Shown: piece after piece, positions 28,459 to 43,300 of the stretch
How positions within the stretch are numbered: position 1 is the stretch's first letter
Layout: every line of letters begins with the position of its first letter
Source: Eledone cirrhosa
Lineage: Eukaryota
Length of the DNA: 64,000 nucleotides
Direction of reading: 5' to 3'
NCBI GenBank assembly: GCA_964016885.1
Contig: OZ024755.1
Span: 32,178,001 to 32,242,000 of the forward strand
The notes under the pieces: model-generated
Seen by the model: only the letters and a program-made list of their open reading frames with translations
What the model was told of the DNA's origin: nothing
Databases searched by the model: none
Position numbers and translations under genes: made by a program

Positions 28459-31400
28459 ATGAAGTGAGAGTGCAGTTGATTGAATACATATAAAAATAAA
28501 AAATTTAATTGCTAGAACAGCCAATAAGGATGAAGTGAGAGTGCAGTTGATTGAAAACATATAAAAATAAGAAAATTCATTTGCTAGAAGAGCTGTTAAA
28601 AATGAAGTGAGAGTGCAGTTGATTGAATACATATAAAAGTAAGAAATTTAATTGCTAGAACAGCCAATAAAGATGAATTGAGAGTGCAGTTCATTGAATA
28701 CATATAAAAATAAGAAAATTCATTGCTAGAAGAGCCGTTAAAAATGAAGTGAGAGTGAAATTGATTGAATACATATAAAAATAAGAAATTTAATTGCTAG
28801 AACCGCCAATAAAGATGAAGTGAGAGTGCAGTTCATTGAATACATATAAAAATAAGAAAACTCATTGCTAGAAGAGCCGTTAAAAATGAAGTGAGAGTGC
28901 AGTTGATTGAATACATATAAAAATAAGAAATTTAATTGCTAGAACAGCCAATAAAGATGAAGTGAGAGTGCAGTTCATTGAATACATATAAAAATAAGAA
29001 AATTCATTGCTAGAACAGCCAATAAAGATGAAGTGAGAGTGCAGTTGATTGAATACATAAAAAATAAGAAAATTCATTGCTAGAACAGGCAATATAGATT
29101 AAGTGAGAGTGCAGTTGATAGAATACATATAAAAACAGGAAAATTCATTGCTAGAACAGCCAATAAATATGAAGTGAGAGTGCAGTTGATTGAATACATA
29201 TAAAGATGAGAAAACTCCTCGCTAGAACAGCCAATAAAGATGAAGTGAGAGTGCAGTTAATTGAATACATATAAAAATAAGAAAACTCCTCGCTAGAACA
29301 GCCAATAAAGATGAAGTGAGAGTGCAGTTGATTGAATACATATAAAAATAAGAAAACACCTCGCTAGAACAGCCAATAAAGGTGAAGTGAGAGTGCAGTT
29401 GATTGAATACATATAAAAATAAGAAAATTCATTGCTAGAAGAGCCGTTAAAAATGAAGTGAGAGTGCAGTTGATTGAATACATATAAAAATAAGAAATTT
29501 AATTGCTAGAACAGCCAATAAAGATGAAGTGAGAGTGCAGTTCATTGAATACATATAAAAATAAGAAAATTCATTGCTAGAAGAGCCGTTAAAAATGAAG
29601 TGAGAGTGCAGTTGATTGAATACATATAAAAATAAGAAATTTAATTGCTAGAACAGCCAATAAAGATGAAGTGAGAGTGCAGTTCATTGAATACATATAA
29701 AAATAAGAAAATTCATTGCTAGAAGAGCCGTTAAAAATGAAGTGAGAGTCCAGTTGATTGAATACATATAAAAATAAGAAATTTAATTGCTAGAACAGCC
29801 AATAAAGATGAAGTGAGAGTGCAGTTCATTGAATACATATAAAAATAAGAAAAGTCATTGCTAGAACAGCCAATAAAGATGAAGTGAGAGTGCAGTTGAT
29901 TGAATACATAAAAAATAAGAAAATTCATTGCTAGAACAGGCAATATAGATTAAGTGAGAGTGCAGTTGATAGAATACATATAAAAACAGGAAAATTCATT
30001 GCTAGAACAGCCAATAAATATGAAGTGAGAGTGCAGTTCATTGAATACATATAAAGATGAGAAAACTCCTCGCTAGAACAGCCAATAAAGATGAAGTGAG
30101 AGTGCAGTTAATTGAATACATATAAAAATAAGAAAACTCCCCGCTAGAACAGCCAATAAAGATGAAGTGAGAGGGCAGTTGATTGAATACATATAAAAAT
30201 AAGAAAACACCTCGCTAGAACAGCCAATAAAGATGAAGTGAGAGTGCAGTTGATTGAATACATATAAAAATAAGAAATTTAATTGCTAGAACAGCCAATA
30301 AAGATGAAGTGAGAGTGCAGTTGATTGAATACATATAAAAATAAGAAAGTTAATTGCTAGAACAGCCAATAAAGATGAAGTGACAGTGCAGTTCATTGAA
30401 TACATATAAAAATAAGAAAACTCCTCGCTAGAACAGCCAATAAAGATGAGGTGAGAGTGCAGTTGATTGAATACATATAAAAATAAGAAAACAGCTCACT
30501 AGAACAGCCAATAAAGATGAAGTGAGAGTGCAGTTGATTGAATACATATAAAAATAAGAAATTTAATTGCTAGAACAGCCAATAAAGATGAAGTGAGAGT
30601 GCAGTTGATTGAATACATATAAAAATAAGAAAACTCCTCGCAGGAACAGCCAATAAAGATGAAGTGAGAGTGCAGTTGATTAAATACATATAAAAATAAG
30701 AAAACTCCTTGCTAGAACAGCCAATAAAGATGAAGTGAGAGTGCAGTTGATTGAATACATATAAAAATAAGAAAACTCCTCACTAGAACAGCCAATAAAG
30801 ATGAAGTGAGAGTGCAGTTGATTGAATACATAGAAAAATAAGAAAACTCCTCGCTAGAACAGCCAATAAAAATGAAGTGAGAGTGCAGTTGATTGAATAC
30901 ATATAAAAGTAAGAAAACTCCTCGCTAGAACAGCCAATAAAGATGAAGTGAGAGTGCAGTTGATTGAATACATATAAAAATAAGAAAACTCCTCGCTAGA
31001 ACAGCCAATAAAGTTGAAGTGAGAGTGCAGTTGATTGAATACATATAAAAATAATAAAATTCATCGCTCGAAAAGCCAATAAAGATGAACTGAGAGTGCA
31101 GTTGATTGAATACATATAAAAATAAGAAATTTAATTGCTAGAACAGCCAATAAAGATGAAGTGAGAGTGCAGTTGATTGAATACATATAAAAATAAGAAA
31201 ATTCATTGCTAGAAGAGCCGTTAAAAATGAAGTGAGAGTGCAGTTGATTGAATACATATAAAAATAAGAATTTTAATTGCTAGAACAGCCAATAAAGATG
31301 AAGTGAGAGTGCAGTTCATTGAATACATATAAAAATAAGAAAATTCATTGCTAGAACAGCCAATAAAGATGAAGTGAGAGTGCAGTTGATTGAATACAAT

Positions 31401-34399
31401 AAAAATAAGAAAATTCATTGCTAGAACAGGCAATATAGATTAAGTGAGAGTGCAGTTGATAGAATACATATAAAAACAGGAAAATTCATTGCTAGAACAG
31501 CCAATAAATATGAAGTGAGAGTGCAGTTCATTGAATACATATAAAGATGAGAAAACTCCTCGCTAGAACAGCCAATAAAGATGAAGTGAGAGTGCAGTTG
31601 ATAGAATACATATAAAAATAAGAAAATTCATTGCTAGAAGAGCCGTTAAAAATGAAGTGAGAGTGCAGTTGTTTGAATACATATAAAAATAAGAAATTTA
31701 ATTGCTAGAACAGCCAATAAAGATGAAGTGAGAGTGCAGTTCATTGAATACATATAAAAATAAGAAAACTCCTCGCTAGAACAGCCAATAAAGATGAAGT
31801 GAGAGTGCAGTTGATTGAATACATATAAAAATAAGAAAACTGCTCACTAGAACAGCCAATAAAGATGAAGTGAGAGTGCAGTTGATTGAATACATATAAA
31901 AATAAGAAATTTAATTGCTAGAACAGCCAATAAAGATGAAGTGAGAGTGAAGTTCATTGAATACATATAAAAATAAGAAAACACCTCGCTAGAACAGCCA
32001 ATAAAGATGAAGTGAGAATGCAGTTGATTGAATACATATAAAAATAAGAAAACACCTCGCTAGAACAGCCAATAAAGATGATGTGAGAGTGCAGTTGATA
32101 GAATACATATAAAAATAAGAAATTTAATTGCTAGAACAGCCAATAAAGATGAAGTGAGAGTGCAGTTCATTGAATACATATAAAAATAAGAAAATTCATT
32201 GCTAGAAGAGCCGTTAAAAATGAAGTGAGAGTGCAGTTGTTTGAATACATATAAAAATAAGAAATTTAATTGCTAGAACAGCCAATAAAGATGAAGTGAG
32301 AGTGCAGTTCATTGAATACATATAAAAATAAGAAAACTCCTCGCTAGAACAGCCAATAAAGATGAAGTGAGAGTGCAGTTGATTGAATACATATAAAAAT
32401 AAGAAAACTGCTCACTAGAACAGCCAATAAAGATGAAGTGAGAGTGCAGTTGATTGAATACATATAAAAATAAGAAATTTAATTGCTAGAACAGCCAATA
32501 AAGATGAAGTGAGAGTGCAGTTCATTGAATACATATAAAAATAAGAAAATTCATTGCTAGAAGAGCCGTTAAAAATGAAGTGAGAGTGCAGTTGATTGAA
32601 TACATATAAAAATAAGAAATTTAATTGCTAGAACAGCCAATAAAGATGAAGTGAGAGTGCAGTTCATTGAATACATATAAAAATAAGAAAATTCATTGCT
32701 AGAAGAGCCGTTAAAAATGAAGTGAGAGTGCAGTTGATTGAATACATATAAAAATAAGAAATTTAATTGCTAGAACAGCCAATAAAGATGAAGTGAGAGT
32801 GCAGTTGATTGAATACATATAAAAATAAGAAAACTCCTCACAGGAACAGCCAATAAAGATGAAGTGAGAGTGCAGTTGATTAAATACATATAAAAATAAG
32901 AAAACTCCTTGCTAGAACAGCCAATAAAGATGAAGTGAGAGTGCAGTTGATTGAATACATATAAAAATAAGAAAACTCCTCACTAGAACAGCCAATAAAG
33001 ATGAAGTGAGAGTGCAGTTGATTGAATACATAGAAAAATAAGAAAACTCCTCGCTAGAACAGCCAATAAAAATGAAGTGAGAGTGCAGTTGATTGAATAC
33101 ATATAAAAATAAGAAAACTCCTCGCTAGAAAAGCCAATAAAGATGAAGTGAGAGTGCAGTTGATTGAATACATATAAAAATAAGAAAACTCCTCGCTAGA
33201 ACAGCCAATAAAGTTGAAGTGAGAGTGCAGTTGATTGAATACATATAAAAATAATAAAATTCATCGCTCGAAAAGCCAATAAAGATGAACTGAGAGTGCA
33301 GTTGATTGAATACATATAAAAATAAGAAAACACCTTGCTAGAACAGCCAATAAAGATGAAGTGAGAGTGCAGTTGATTGAATACATATAAAAATAAGAAA
33401 ACTCCTCGCTAGAACAGCCAATAAAAATGAAGTGAGAGTGCAGTTGATTGAATACATATAAAAATAAGAAATTTAATTGCTAGAACAGCCAATAAGGATG
33501 AAGTGAGACTGCAGTTGATTGAATACATATAAAAATAAGAAAATTCATTGCTAGAAGAGCCGTTAAAAATGAAGTGAGAGTGCAGTTGATTGAATACATA
33601 TAAAAGTAAGAAATTTAATTGCTAGAACAGCCAATAAAGATGAAGTGAGAGTGCAGTTGATTGAATACATATAAAAATAAGAAAATTCATTGCTAGAAGA
33701 GCCGTTAAGAATGAAGTGAGAGTGCAGTTGATTGAATACATATAAAAATAAGAAATTTAATTGCACTCTCACTTCATCTTTAGTGGCTGTTCTAGCGAGG
33801 AGTTTTCTTATTTTTATATGTATTCAATAAACTGCACTCTCACTTCATCATTATTGGCTGTACTAGCGAGGAGTTTTCTTATTTTTATATGTATTCAATA
33901 AACTGCGCTCTCTCTTCATCTTTATTGGCTGTTCTAGCGAGGGGTTTTCTTATTTTCATATGTATTCAATCAACTGCACTCTCTCTTCATCTTTATTGGC
34001 TGTTCTAGCGAGGAGTTTTCTTATTTTTATATCTATTCAATCAACTGCACTCTCACTTCATCTTTATTGGCTGTTCTAGCAATGTATTTTCTTATTTTTA
34101 TATGTATTCAATCAACTGCACTCTCACTTCATCTTTATTGGCTGTTCTAGCGAGGAGTTCTCTTATTTTTATATGTATTCAATCAACTGCACTCTCACTT
34201 CATCTTTATTGGCCGTTCTAGCGAGGTATTTTCTTATTTTTATATGTATTCAATCAACTGCACTCTCACTTCTTCTTTATTGGCTGTTCTAGCGAGGAGT
34301 TCTCTTATTTTTATATGTTTTCAATCAACTGCACTCTCACTTCATCTTTATTGACTGTTCTAGCGATGAATTTTCTTATTTTTATATGTATTCAATCAA

Positions 34400-37300
34400 C
34401 TGCACTCTCACTTCATCTTTATTGGGTGTCCTAGCGAGGAGTTTTCTTATTTTTATATGTATTCAATCAACTGCACTCTCACTTCATCTTTATTGACTGT
34501 TCTAGCGATGAATTTTCTTATTTTTATATGTATTCAAGCAATTGCACTCTCACTTCATCTTTATTAGCTGTTCTAGAGAGGAGCTTTCTTATTTTTATAT
34601 GTATTCAATCAATTGCACTCTCACTTCATCTTTATTGGCTGTTCTAGCGAGGAGTTTTCTTATTTTTATATGTATTCAATCAACTGCACTCTCACTTCAT
34701 CTTTATTGGCTGTTCTAGCATTGAGTTTTCTTATTTTTATATGTATTCAATCAACTGCACTCTCACTTCATCTTTAACGGCTGTTCTAGCGAGGTGCTTT
34801 CTTATTTTTGTATGTATTCAATCAACTGCACTCTCACTTCATCTTTAACGGCTGTTCTAGCGAGGTGTTTTCATATTTTTATATGTATTCAATCAACTGC
34901 ACTCTCACTTCATCTTTATTGGCTGTTCTAGCGAGGTGCTTTCTTATTTTTGTATGTATTCAATCAACTGCACTCTCACTTCATCTTTATTGGCTGTTCT
35001 AGCGATGTATTTTCTTATTTTTATATGTATTCAAAGAACTGCACTCTCACTTCATCTTTATTGGCTGTTCTAGCGATGTATTTTCTTATTTTTATATGTA
35101 TTCAATCAACTGCACTCTCACTTCATCTTTATTGACTGTTCTAGCGAGGAGTTTTCTTATTTTTATATGTATTCAATCAACTGCACTCTCACTTCATCTT
35201 TATTGGCTGTTCTAGTTAGGAGTTTTCTTAATTTTATATGTAATCAATCAACTGCACTCTCACTTCATCTTCATTGGCTGTTCTAGCGAGGAATTTTCTT
35301 ATTTTTATATGTATTCAATCAACTGCACTCTCACTTCATCTTTATTGGCTGTTCTAGTCAGGAGTTTTCTTATTTCTATATGTATTCAATCAACTGCACT
35401 CTCACTTCATCTTTATTGGCTGTTCTAGCGAGGAGTTTTCTTATTTTTATATGTATTCAATCAACTGCACTCTCACTTCATCTTTATTGGCTATTCTAGA
35501 GAGATATTTTCTTATTTTTATATGTAATCAATCAACTGCACTCTCACTTCATCTTTATTGGCTGTTCTAGCAAGGTATTTTCTTATTTTTATATGTATTC
35601 AATCAACTGCACTCTCACTTAATCATTATTGGCTGTTCTAGCGAGGTGTTTTCTTATTTTTATATGTATTCAATCAACTGCACTCTTACTTCATCTTTAT
35701 TTGCTGTTCTAGAGAGGTGTTTCATTATTTTTATATCTATTCAATCAACTGCACTCTCACTTCATCTTTATTGGCTGTTCTAGCGAGGAGTTTTCTTATT
35801 TTTATATGTATTCAATAAACTGCGCTCTCACTTTATCTTTATTGGCTGTTCTAGCGAGGTGTTTTCTTATTTTTATATGTATTCTATCAACTGCACTCTC
35901 ACTTCATTTTCAACGGCTGTTTTAGCGATGAATTTTCTTATTTTTATATGTATTCCATCAACTGCACTCTCACTTCATCTTTATTGGCTGTTCTAGCGAG
36001 GAGTTTTCTTATTTTTATATGTATTCAATCAACTGCACTCTCACTTCATCTTTATTGACTGTTCTAGCGATGAATTTTCTTATTTTTATATGTATTCAAT
36101 CAACTGCACTCTCACTTCATCTTTATTGGGTGTCCTAGCGAGGAGTTTTCTTATTTTTATATGTATTCAATCAACTGCTCTCTCACTTCATCTTTATTGA
36201 CTGTTCTAGCGATGAATTTTCTTATTTTTATATGTATTCAATCAATTGCACTCTCACTTAATCTTTATTGGCTGTTCTAGAGAGGAGCTTTCTTATTTTT
36301 ATATGTATTCAATCAATTGCACTCTCACTTCATCTTTATTGGCTTTTCTAGCGAGGAGTTTTCTTATTTTTATATGTATTCAATCAACTGCACTCTCACT
36401 TCATCTTTAACGGCTGTTCTAGCGAGGTGCTTTCTTATTTTTGTATGTATTCAATCAACTGCACTCTCACTTCATCTTTAACGGCTGTTCTAGCGTGGTG
36501 TTTTCTTATTTTTATATGTATTCAATCAACTGCACTCTCACTTCATCTTTATTGGCTGTTCTAGCGAGGTGCTTTCTTATTTTTGTATGTATTCAATCAA
36601 CTGCACTCTCACTTCATCTTTAACGGCTGTTCTAGCGAGGTGTTTTCTTATTTTTATATGTATTCAATCAACTGCACTCTCACTTCATCTTTATTGGCTG
36701 TTCTAGTGAGGAGTTTTCTTATTTTTATATGTATTCAATAAACTGCCCTCTCACTTCATCATTATTGGCTGTTCTAGCGAGGAGTTTTCTTATTTTTATA
36801 TGTATTCAATAAACTGCGCTCTCTCTTCATCTTTATTGGCTGTTCTAGCGAGGGGTTTTCTTATTTTCACATGTATTCAATCAACTGCACTCTCTCTTCA
36901 TCTTTATTGGCTGTTCTAGCGAGGAGTTTTCTTATTTTTATATCTATTCAATCAACTGCACTCTCACTTCATCTTTATTGGCTGTTCTAGCAATGTATTT
37001 TCTTATTTTTATATGTATTCAATCAACTGCACTCTCACTTCATCTTTATTGGCTGTTCTAGCAATGTATTTTCTTATTTTTATATGTATTCAATAAACTG
37101 CACTCTCACTTCATCATTATTGGCTGTTCTAGCGAGGAGTTTTCTTATTTTTATATGTATTCAATAAACTGCGCTCTCTCTTCATCTTTATTGGCTGTTC
37201 TAGCGAGGGGTTTTCTTATTTTCATATGTATTCAATCAACTGCACTCTCTCTTCATCTTTATTGGCTGTTCTAGCGAGGAGTTTTCTTATTTTTATATCT

Positions 37301-40300
37301 ATTCAATCAACTGCACTCTCACTTCATCTTTATTGGCTGTTCTAGCAATGTATTTTCTTATTTTTATATGTATTCAATCAACTGCACTCTCACTTCATCT
37401 TTATTGGCTGTTCTAGCGAGGAGTTCTCTTATTTTTATATGTATTCAATCAACTGCACTCTCACTTCATCTTTATTGGCCGTTCTAGCGAGGTATTTTCT
37501 TATTTTTATATGTATTCAATCAACTGCACTCTCACTTCATCTTTATTGGCTGTTCTAGCGAGGAGTTCTCTTATTTTTATATGTTTTCAATCAACTGCAC
37601 TCTCACTTCATCATTATTGGCTGTTCTAGCGAGGAGTTTTCTTATTTTTATATGTATTCAATAAACTGCGCTCTCTCTTCATCTTTATTGGCTGTTCTAG
37701 CGAGGGGTTTTCTTATTTTCATATGTATTCAATCAACTGCACTCTCTCTTCATCTTTATTGGCTGTTCTAGCGAGGAGTTTTCTTATTTTTATATCTATT
37801 CAATCAACTGCACTCTCACTTCATCTTTATTGGCTGTTCTAGCAATGTATTTCCTTATTTTTATATGTATTCAATCAACTGCACTCTCACTTCATCTTTA
37901 TTGGCTGTTCTAGCGAGGAGTTCTCTTATTTTTATATGTATTCAATCAACTGCACTCTCACTTCATCTTTATTGGCCGTTCTAGCGAGGTATTTTCTTAT
38001 TTTTATATGTATTCAATCAACTGCACTCTCACTTCATCTTTATTGGCTGTTCTAGCGAGGAGTTCTCTTATTTTTATATGTTTTCAATCAACTGCACTCT
38101 CACTTCATCTTTATTGGCTGTTCTAGCGAGGAGTTCTCTTATTTATATATGTATTCAATCAACTGCACTCTCACTTCATCTTTATTGGCTGTTCTAGCGA
38201 GGAGTTCTCTTATTTTTATATGTTTTCAATCAACTGCACTCTCACTTCATCTTTATTGACTGTTCTAGCGATGAATTTTCTTATTTTTATATGTATTCAA
38301 TCAACTGCACTCTCACTTCATCTTTATTGGGTGTCCTAGCGAGGAGTTTTCTTATTTTTATATGTATTCAATCAACTGCACTCTCACTTCATCTTTATTG
38401 ACTGTTCTAGCGATGAATTTTCTTATTTTTATATGTATTCAATCAATTGCACTCTCACTTCTTCTTTATTGGCTGTTCTAGCGAGGAGTTTTCTTATTTT
38501 TATATGTATTCAATCAACTGCACTCTCACTTCATCTTTATTGGCTGTTCTAGCGAGGAGTTTTCTTATTTTTATATGTATTCATTCAACTGCACTCTCAC
38601 TTCATCTTTATTGGCTGTTCTAGCATTGAGTTTTCTTATTTTTATATGTATTCAATCAACTGCACTCTCACTTCATCTTTAACGGCTGTTCTAGCGAGGT
38701 GCTTTCTTATTTTTGTATGTATTCAATCAACTGCACTCTCACTTCATCTTTAACGGCTGTTCTAGCGAGGTGCTTTCTTATTTTTGTATGTATTCAATCA
38801 ACTGCACTCTCACTTCATCTTTAACGGCTGTTCTAGCGAGGTGTTTTCTTATTTTTATATGTATTCAATCAACTGCACTCTCACTTCATCTTTATTGGCT
38901 GTTCTAGCGAGGTGCTTTCTTATTTTTGTATGTATTCAATCAACTGCACTCTCACTTCATCTTTATTGGCTGTTCTAGCGATGTATTTTCTTATTTTTAT
39001 ATGTATTCAATGAACTGCACTCTCACTTCATCTTTATTGGCTGTTCTAGCAATGTATTTTCTTATTTTTATATGTATTCAATCAACTGCACTCTCACTTC
39101 ATCTTTATTGGCTGTTCTAGCGAGGAGTTCTTTTATTTTTATATGTATTCAATCAACTGCACTCTCACTTCATCTTTATTGGCCGTTCTAGCGAGGTATT
39201 TTCTTATTTTTATATGTATTCAATCAACTGCACTCTCACTTCATCTTTATTGGCTGTTCTAGCGAGGAGTTCTCTTATTTTTATATGTTTTCAATCAACT
39301 GCACTCTCACTTCATCTTTATTGGCTGTTCTAGCGAGGAGTTCTCTTATTTATATACGTATTCAATCAACTGCACTCTCACTTCATCTTTATTGGCTGTT
39401 CTAGCGAGGAGTTCTCATATTTTTATATGTTTTCAATCAACTGCACTCTCACTTCATCTTTATTGACTGTTCTAGCGATGAATTTTCTTATTTTTATATG
39501 TATTCAATCAACTGCACTCTCACTTCATCTTTATTGGGTGTCCTAGCGAGGAGTTTTCTTATTTTTATATGTATTCAATCAACTGCACTCTCACTTCATC
39601 TTTATTGACTGTTCTAGCGAGGAGTTTTCTTATTTTTATATGTATTCAATCAACTGCACTCTCACTTCATCTTTATTGGCTGCTCTAGTTAGGAGTTTTC
39701 TTAATTTTATATGTAATCAATCAACTGCACTCTCACTTCATCTTTATTGGCTGTTCTAGCGAGGAGTTTTCTTATTTTTATATCTATTCAATCAACTGCA
39801 CTCTCACTTCATCTTTATTGGCTGTTCTAGCAATGTATTTTCTTATTTTTTTATGTATTCAATCAACTGCACTCTCACTTCATCTTTATTGGCTGTTCTA
39901 GCGAGGAGTTCTCTTATTTTTATATGTATTCAATCAACTGCACTCTCACTTCATCTTTATTGGCCGTTCTAGCGAGGTATTTTCTTATTTTTATATGTAT
40001 TCAATCAACTGCACTCTCACTTCATCTTTATTGGCTGTTCTAGCGAGGAGTTCTCTTATTTTTATATGTTTTCAATCAACTGCACTCTCACTTCATCTTT
40101 ATTGGCTGTTCTAGCGAGGAGTTCTCTTATTTATATATGTATTCAATGAACTGCACTCTCACTTCATCTTTATTGGCTGTTCTAGCGAGGAGTTCTCTTA
40201 TTTTTATATGTTTTCAATCAACTGCACTCTCACTTCATCTTTATTGGCTGTTCAAGCGAGGAGTTCTCTTATTTATATATGTATTCAATCAACTGCACTC

Positions 40301-43300
40301 TCACTTCATCTTTATTGGCTGTTCTAGCGAGGTGCTTTCTTATTTTTGTATGTATTCAATCAACTGCACTCTCACTTCATCTTTATTGGCTGTTCTAGCG
40401 ATGTATTTTCTTATTTTTATATGTATTCACTGAACTGCAGTCTCACTTCATCTTTATTGGCTGTTCTAGCGATGTATTTTCTTATTTTTATATGTATTCA
40501 ATCAACTGCACTCTCACTTCATCTTTATTGACTGTTCTAGCGAGGAGTTTTCTTATTTTTATATGTATTCAATCAACTGCACTCTCACTTCATCTTTATT
40601 GGCTGCTCTAGTTAGGAGTTTTCTTAATTTTATATGTAATCAATCAACTGCACTCTCACTTCATCTTCATTGGCTGTTCTAGCGAGGAATTTTCTTATTT
40701 TTATATGTATTCAATCAACTGCACTCTCACTTCATCTTTATTGGCTGTTCTAGTCAGGAGTTTTCTTATTTCTATATGTATTCAATCAACTGCACTCTCA
40801 CTTCATCTTTATTGGCTGTTCTAGCGAGGAGTTTTCTTATTTTTATATGTATTCAATCAACTGCACTCTCACTTCATCTTTATTGGCTATTCTAGAGAGA
40901 TATTTTCTTATTTTTATATGTAATCAATCAACTGCACTCTCACTTCATCTTTATTGGCTGTTCTAGCAAGGTATTTTCTTATTTTTATATGTATTCAATC
41001 AACTGCACTCTCACTTAATCATTATTGGCTGTTCTAGCGAGGTGTTTTCTTATTTTTATATGTATTCAATCAACTGCACTCTTACTTCATCTTTATTTGC
41101 TGTTCTAGAGAGGTGTTTCATTATTTTTATATCTATTCAATCAACTGCACTCTCACTTCATCTTTATTGGCTGTTCTAGCGAGGAGTTTTCTTATTTTTA
41201 TATGTATTCAATAAACTGCGCTCTCACTTCATCTTTATTGGCTGTTCTAGCGAGGTGTTTTCTTATTTTTATATGTATTCTATCAACTGCACTCTCACTT
41301 CATTTTCAACGGCTGTTTTAGCGATGAATTTTCTTATTTTTATATGTATTACATCAACTGCACTCTCACTTCATCTTTATTGGCTGTTCTAGCGAGGAGT
41401 TTTCTTATTTTTATATGTATTCAATCAACTGCACTCTCACTTCATCTTTATTGACTGTTCTAGCGATGAATTTTCTTATTTTTATATGTATTCAATCAAC
41501 TGCACTCTCACTTCATCTTTATTGGGTGTCCTAGCGAGGAGTTTTCTTATTTTTATATGTATTCAATCAACTGCACTCTCACTTCATCTTTATTGACTGT
41601 TCTAGCGATGAATTTTCTTATTTTTATATGTATTGAATCAATTGCACTCTCACTTAATCTTTATTGGCTGTTCTAGAGAGGAGCTTTCTTATTTTTATAT
41701 GTATTCAATCAATTGCACTCTCACTTCATCTTTATTGGCTTTTCTAGCGAGGAGTTTTCTTATTTTTATATGTATTCAATCAACTGCACTCTCACTTCAT
41801 CTTTATTGGCTGTTCTAGCGAGGAGTTTTCTTATTTTTATATGTATTCAATCAACTGCACTCTCACTTCATCTTTAACGGCTGTTCTAGCGAGGTGCTTT
41901 CTTATTTTTGTATGTATTCAATCAACTGCACTCTCACTTCATCTTTATTGGCTGTTCTAGCGATGTATTTTCTTATTTTTATATGTATTCACTGAACTGC
42001 AGTCTCACTTCATCTTTATTGGCTGTTCTAGCGATGTATTTTCTTATTTTTATATGTATTCAATCAACTGCACTCTCACTTCATCTTTATTGACTGTTCT
42101 AGCGAGGAGTTTTCTTATTTTTATATGTATTCAATCAACTGCACTCTCACTTCATCTTTATTGGCTGCTCTAGTTAGGAGTTTTCTTAATTTTATATGTA
42201 ATCAATCAACTGCACTCTCACTTCATCTTCATTGGCTGTTCTAGCGAGGAATTTTCTTATTTTTATATGTATTCAATCAACTGCACTCTCACTTCATCTT
42301 TATTGGCTGTTCTAGTCAGGAGTTTTCTTATTTCTATATGTATTCAATCAACTGCACTCTCACTTCATCTTTATTGGCTGTTCTAGCGAGGAGTTTTCTT
42401 ATTTTTATATGTATTCAATCAACTGCACTCTCACTTCATCTTTATTGGCTATTCTAGAGAGATATTTTCTTATTTTTATATGTAATCAATCAACTGCACT
42501 CTCACTTCATCTTTATTGGCTGTTCTAGCAAGGTATTTTCTTATTTTTATATGTATTCAATCAACTGCACTCTCACTTAATCATTATTGGCTGTTCTAGC
42601 GAGGTGTTTTCTTATTTTTATATGTATTCAATCAACTGCACTCTTACTTCATCTTTATTTGCTGTTCTAGAGAGGTGTTTCATTATTTTTATATCTATTC
42701 AATCAACTGCACTCTCACTTCATCTTTATTGGCTGTTCTAGCGAGGAGTTTTCTTATTTTTATATGTATTCAATAAACTGCGCTCTCACTTCATCTTTAT
42801 TGGCTGTTCTAGCGAGGTGTTTTCTTATTTTTATATGTATTCTATCAACTGCACTCTCACTTCATTTTCAACGGCTGTTTTAGCGATGAATTTTCTTATT
42901 TTTATATGTATTACATCAACTGCACTCTCACTTCATCTTTATTGGCTGTTCTAGCGAGGAGTTTTCTTATTTTTATATGTATTCAATCAACTGCACTCTC
43001 ACTTCATCTTTATTGACTGTTCTAGCGATGAATTTTCTTATTTTTATATGTATTCAATCAACTGCACTCTCACTTCATCTTTATTGGGTGTCCTAGCGAG
43101 GAGTTTTCTTATTTTTATATGTATTCAATCAACTGCACTCTCACTTCATCTTTATTGACTGTTCTAGCGATGAATTTTCTTATTTTTATATGTATTGAAT
43201 CAATTGCACTCTCACTTAATCTTTATTGGCTGTTCTAGAGAGGAGCTTTCTTATTTTTATATGTATTCAATCAATTGCACTCTCACTTCATCTTTATTGG

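Larger units (their letters stand above)
14564..33764 (-). repeat. Satellite block F (inverted, ~270 monomers, 19.2 kb)
   Basis: Reverse-complement monomers with characteristic variants AAGAAATTTAATTGCTAG and GAAGAGCCGTTAAAAATG. Confidence 0.98.

Noticed and set aside
34760-34790. Satellite variant CTTCATCTTTAACGG resembles the SINE core TTTCATCCTTACGG
   Set aside because: The match is short, gapped, AT-rich and does not extend, so it is insufficient to claim a SINE origin.
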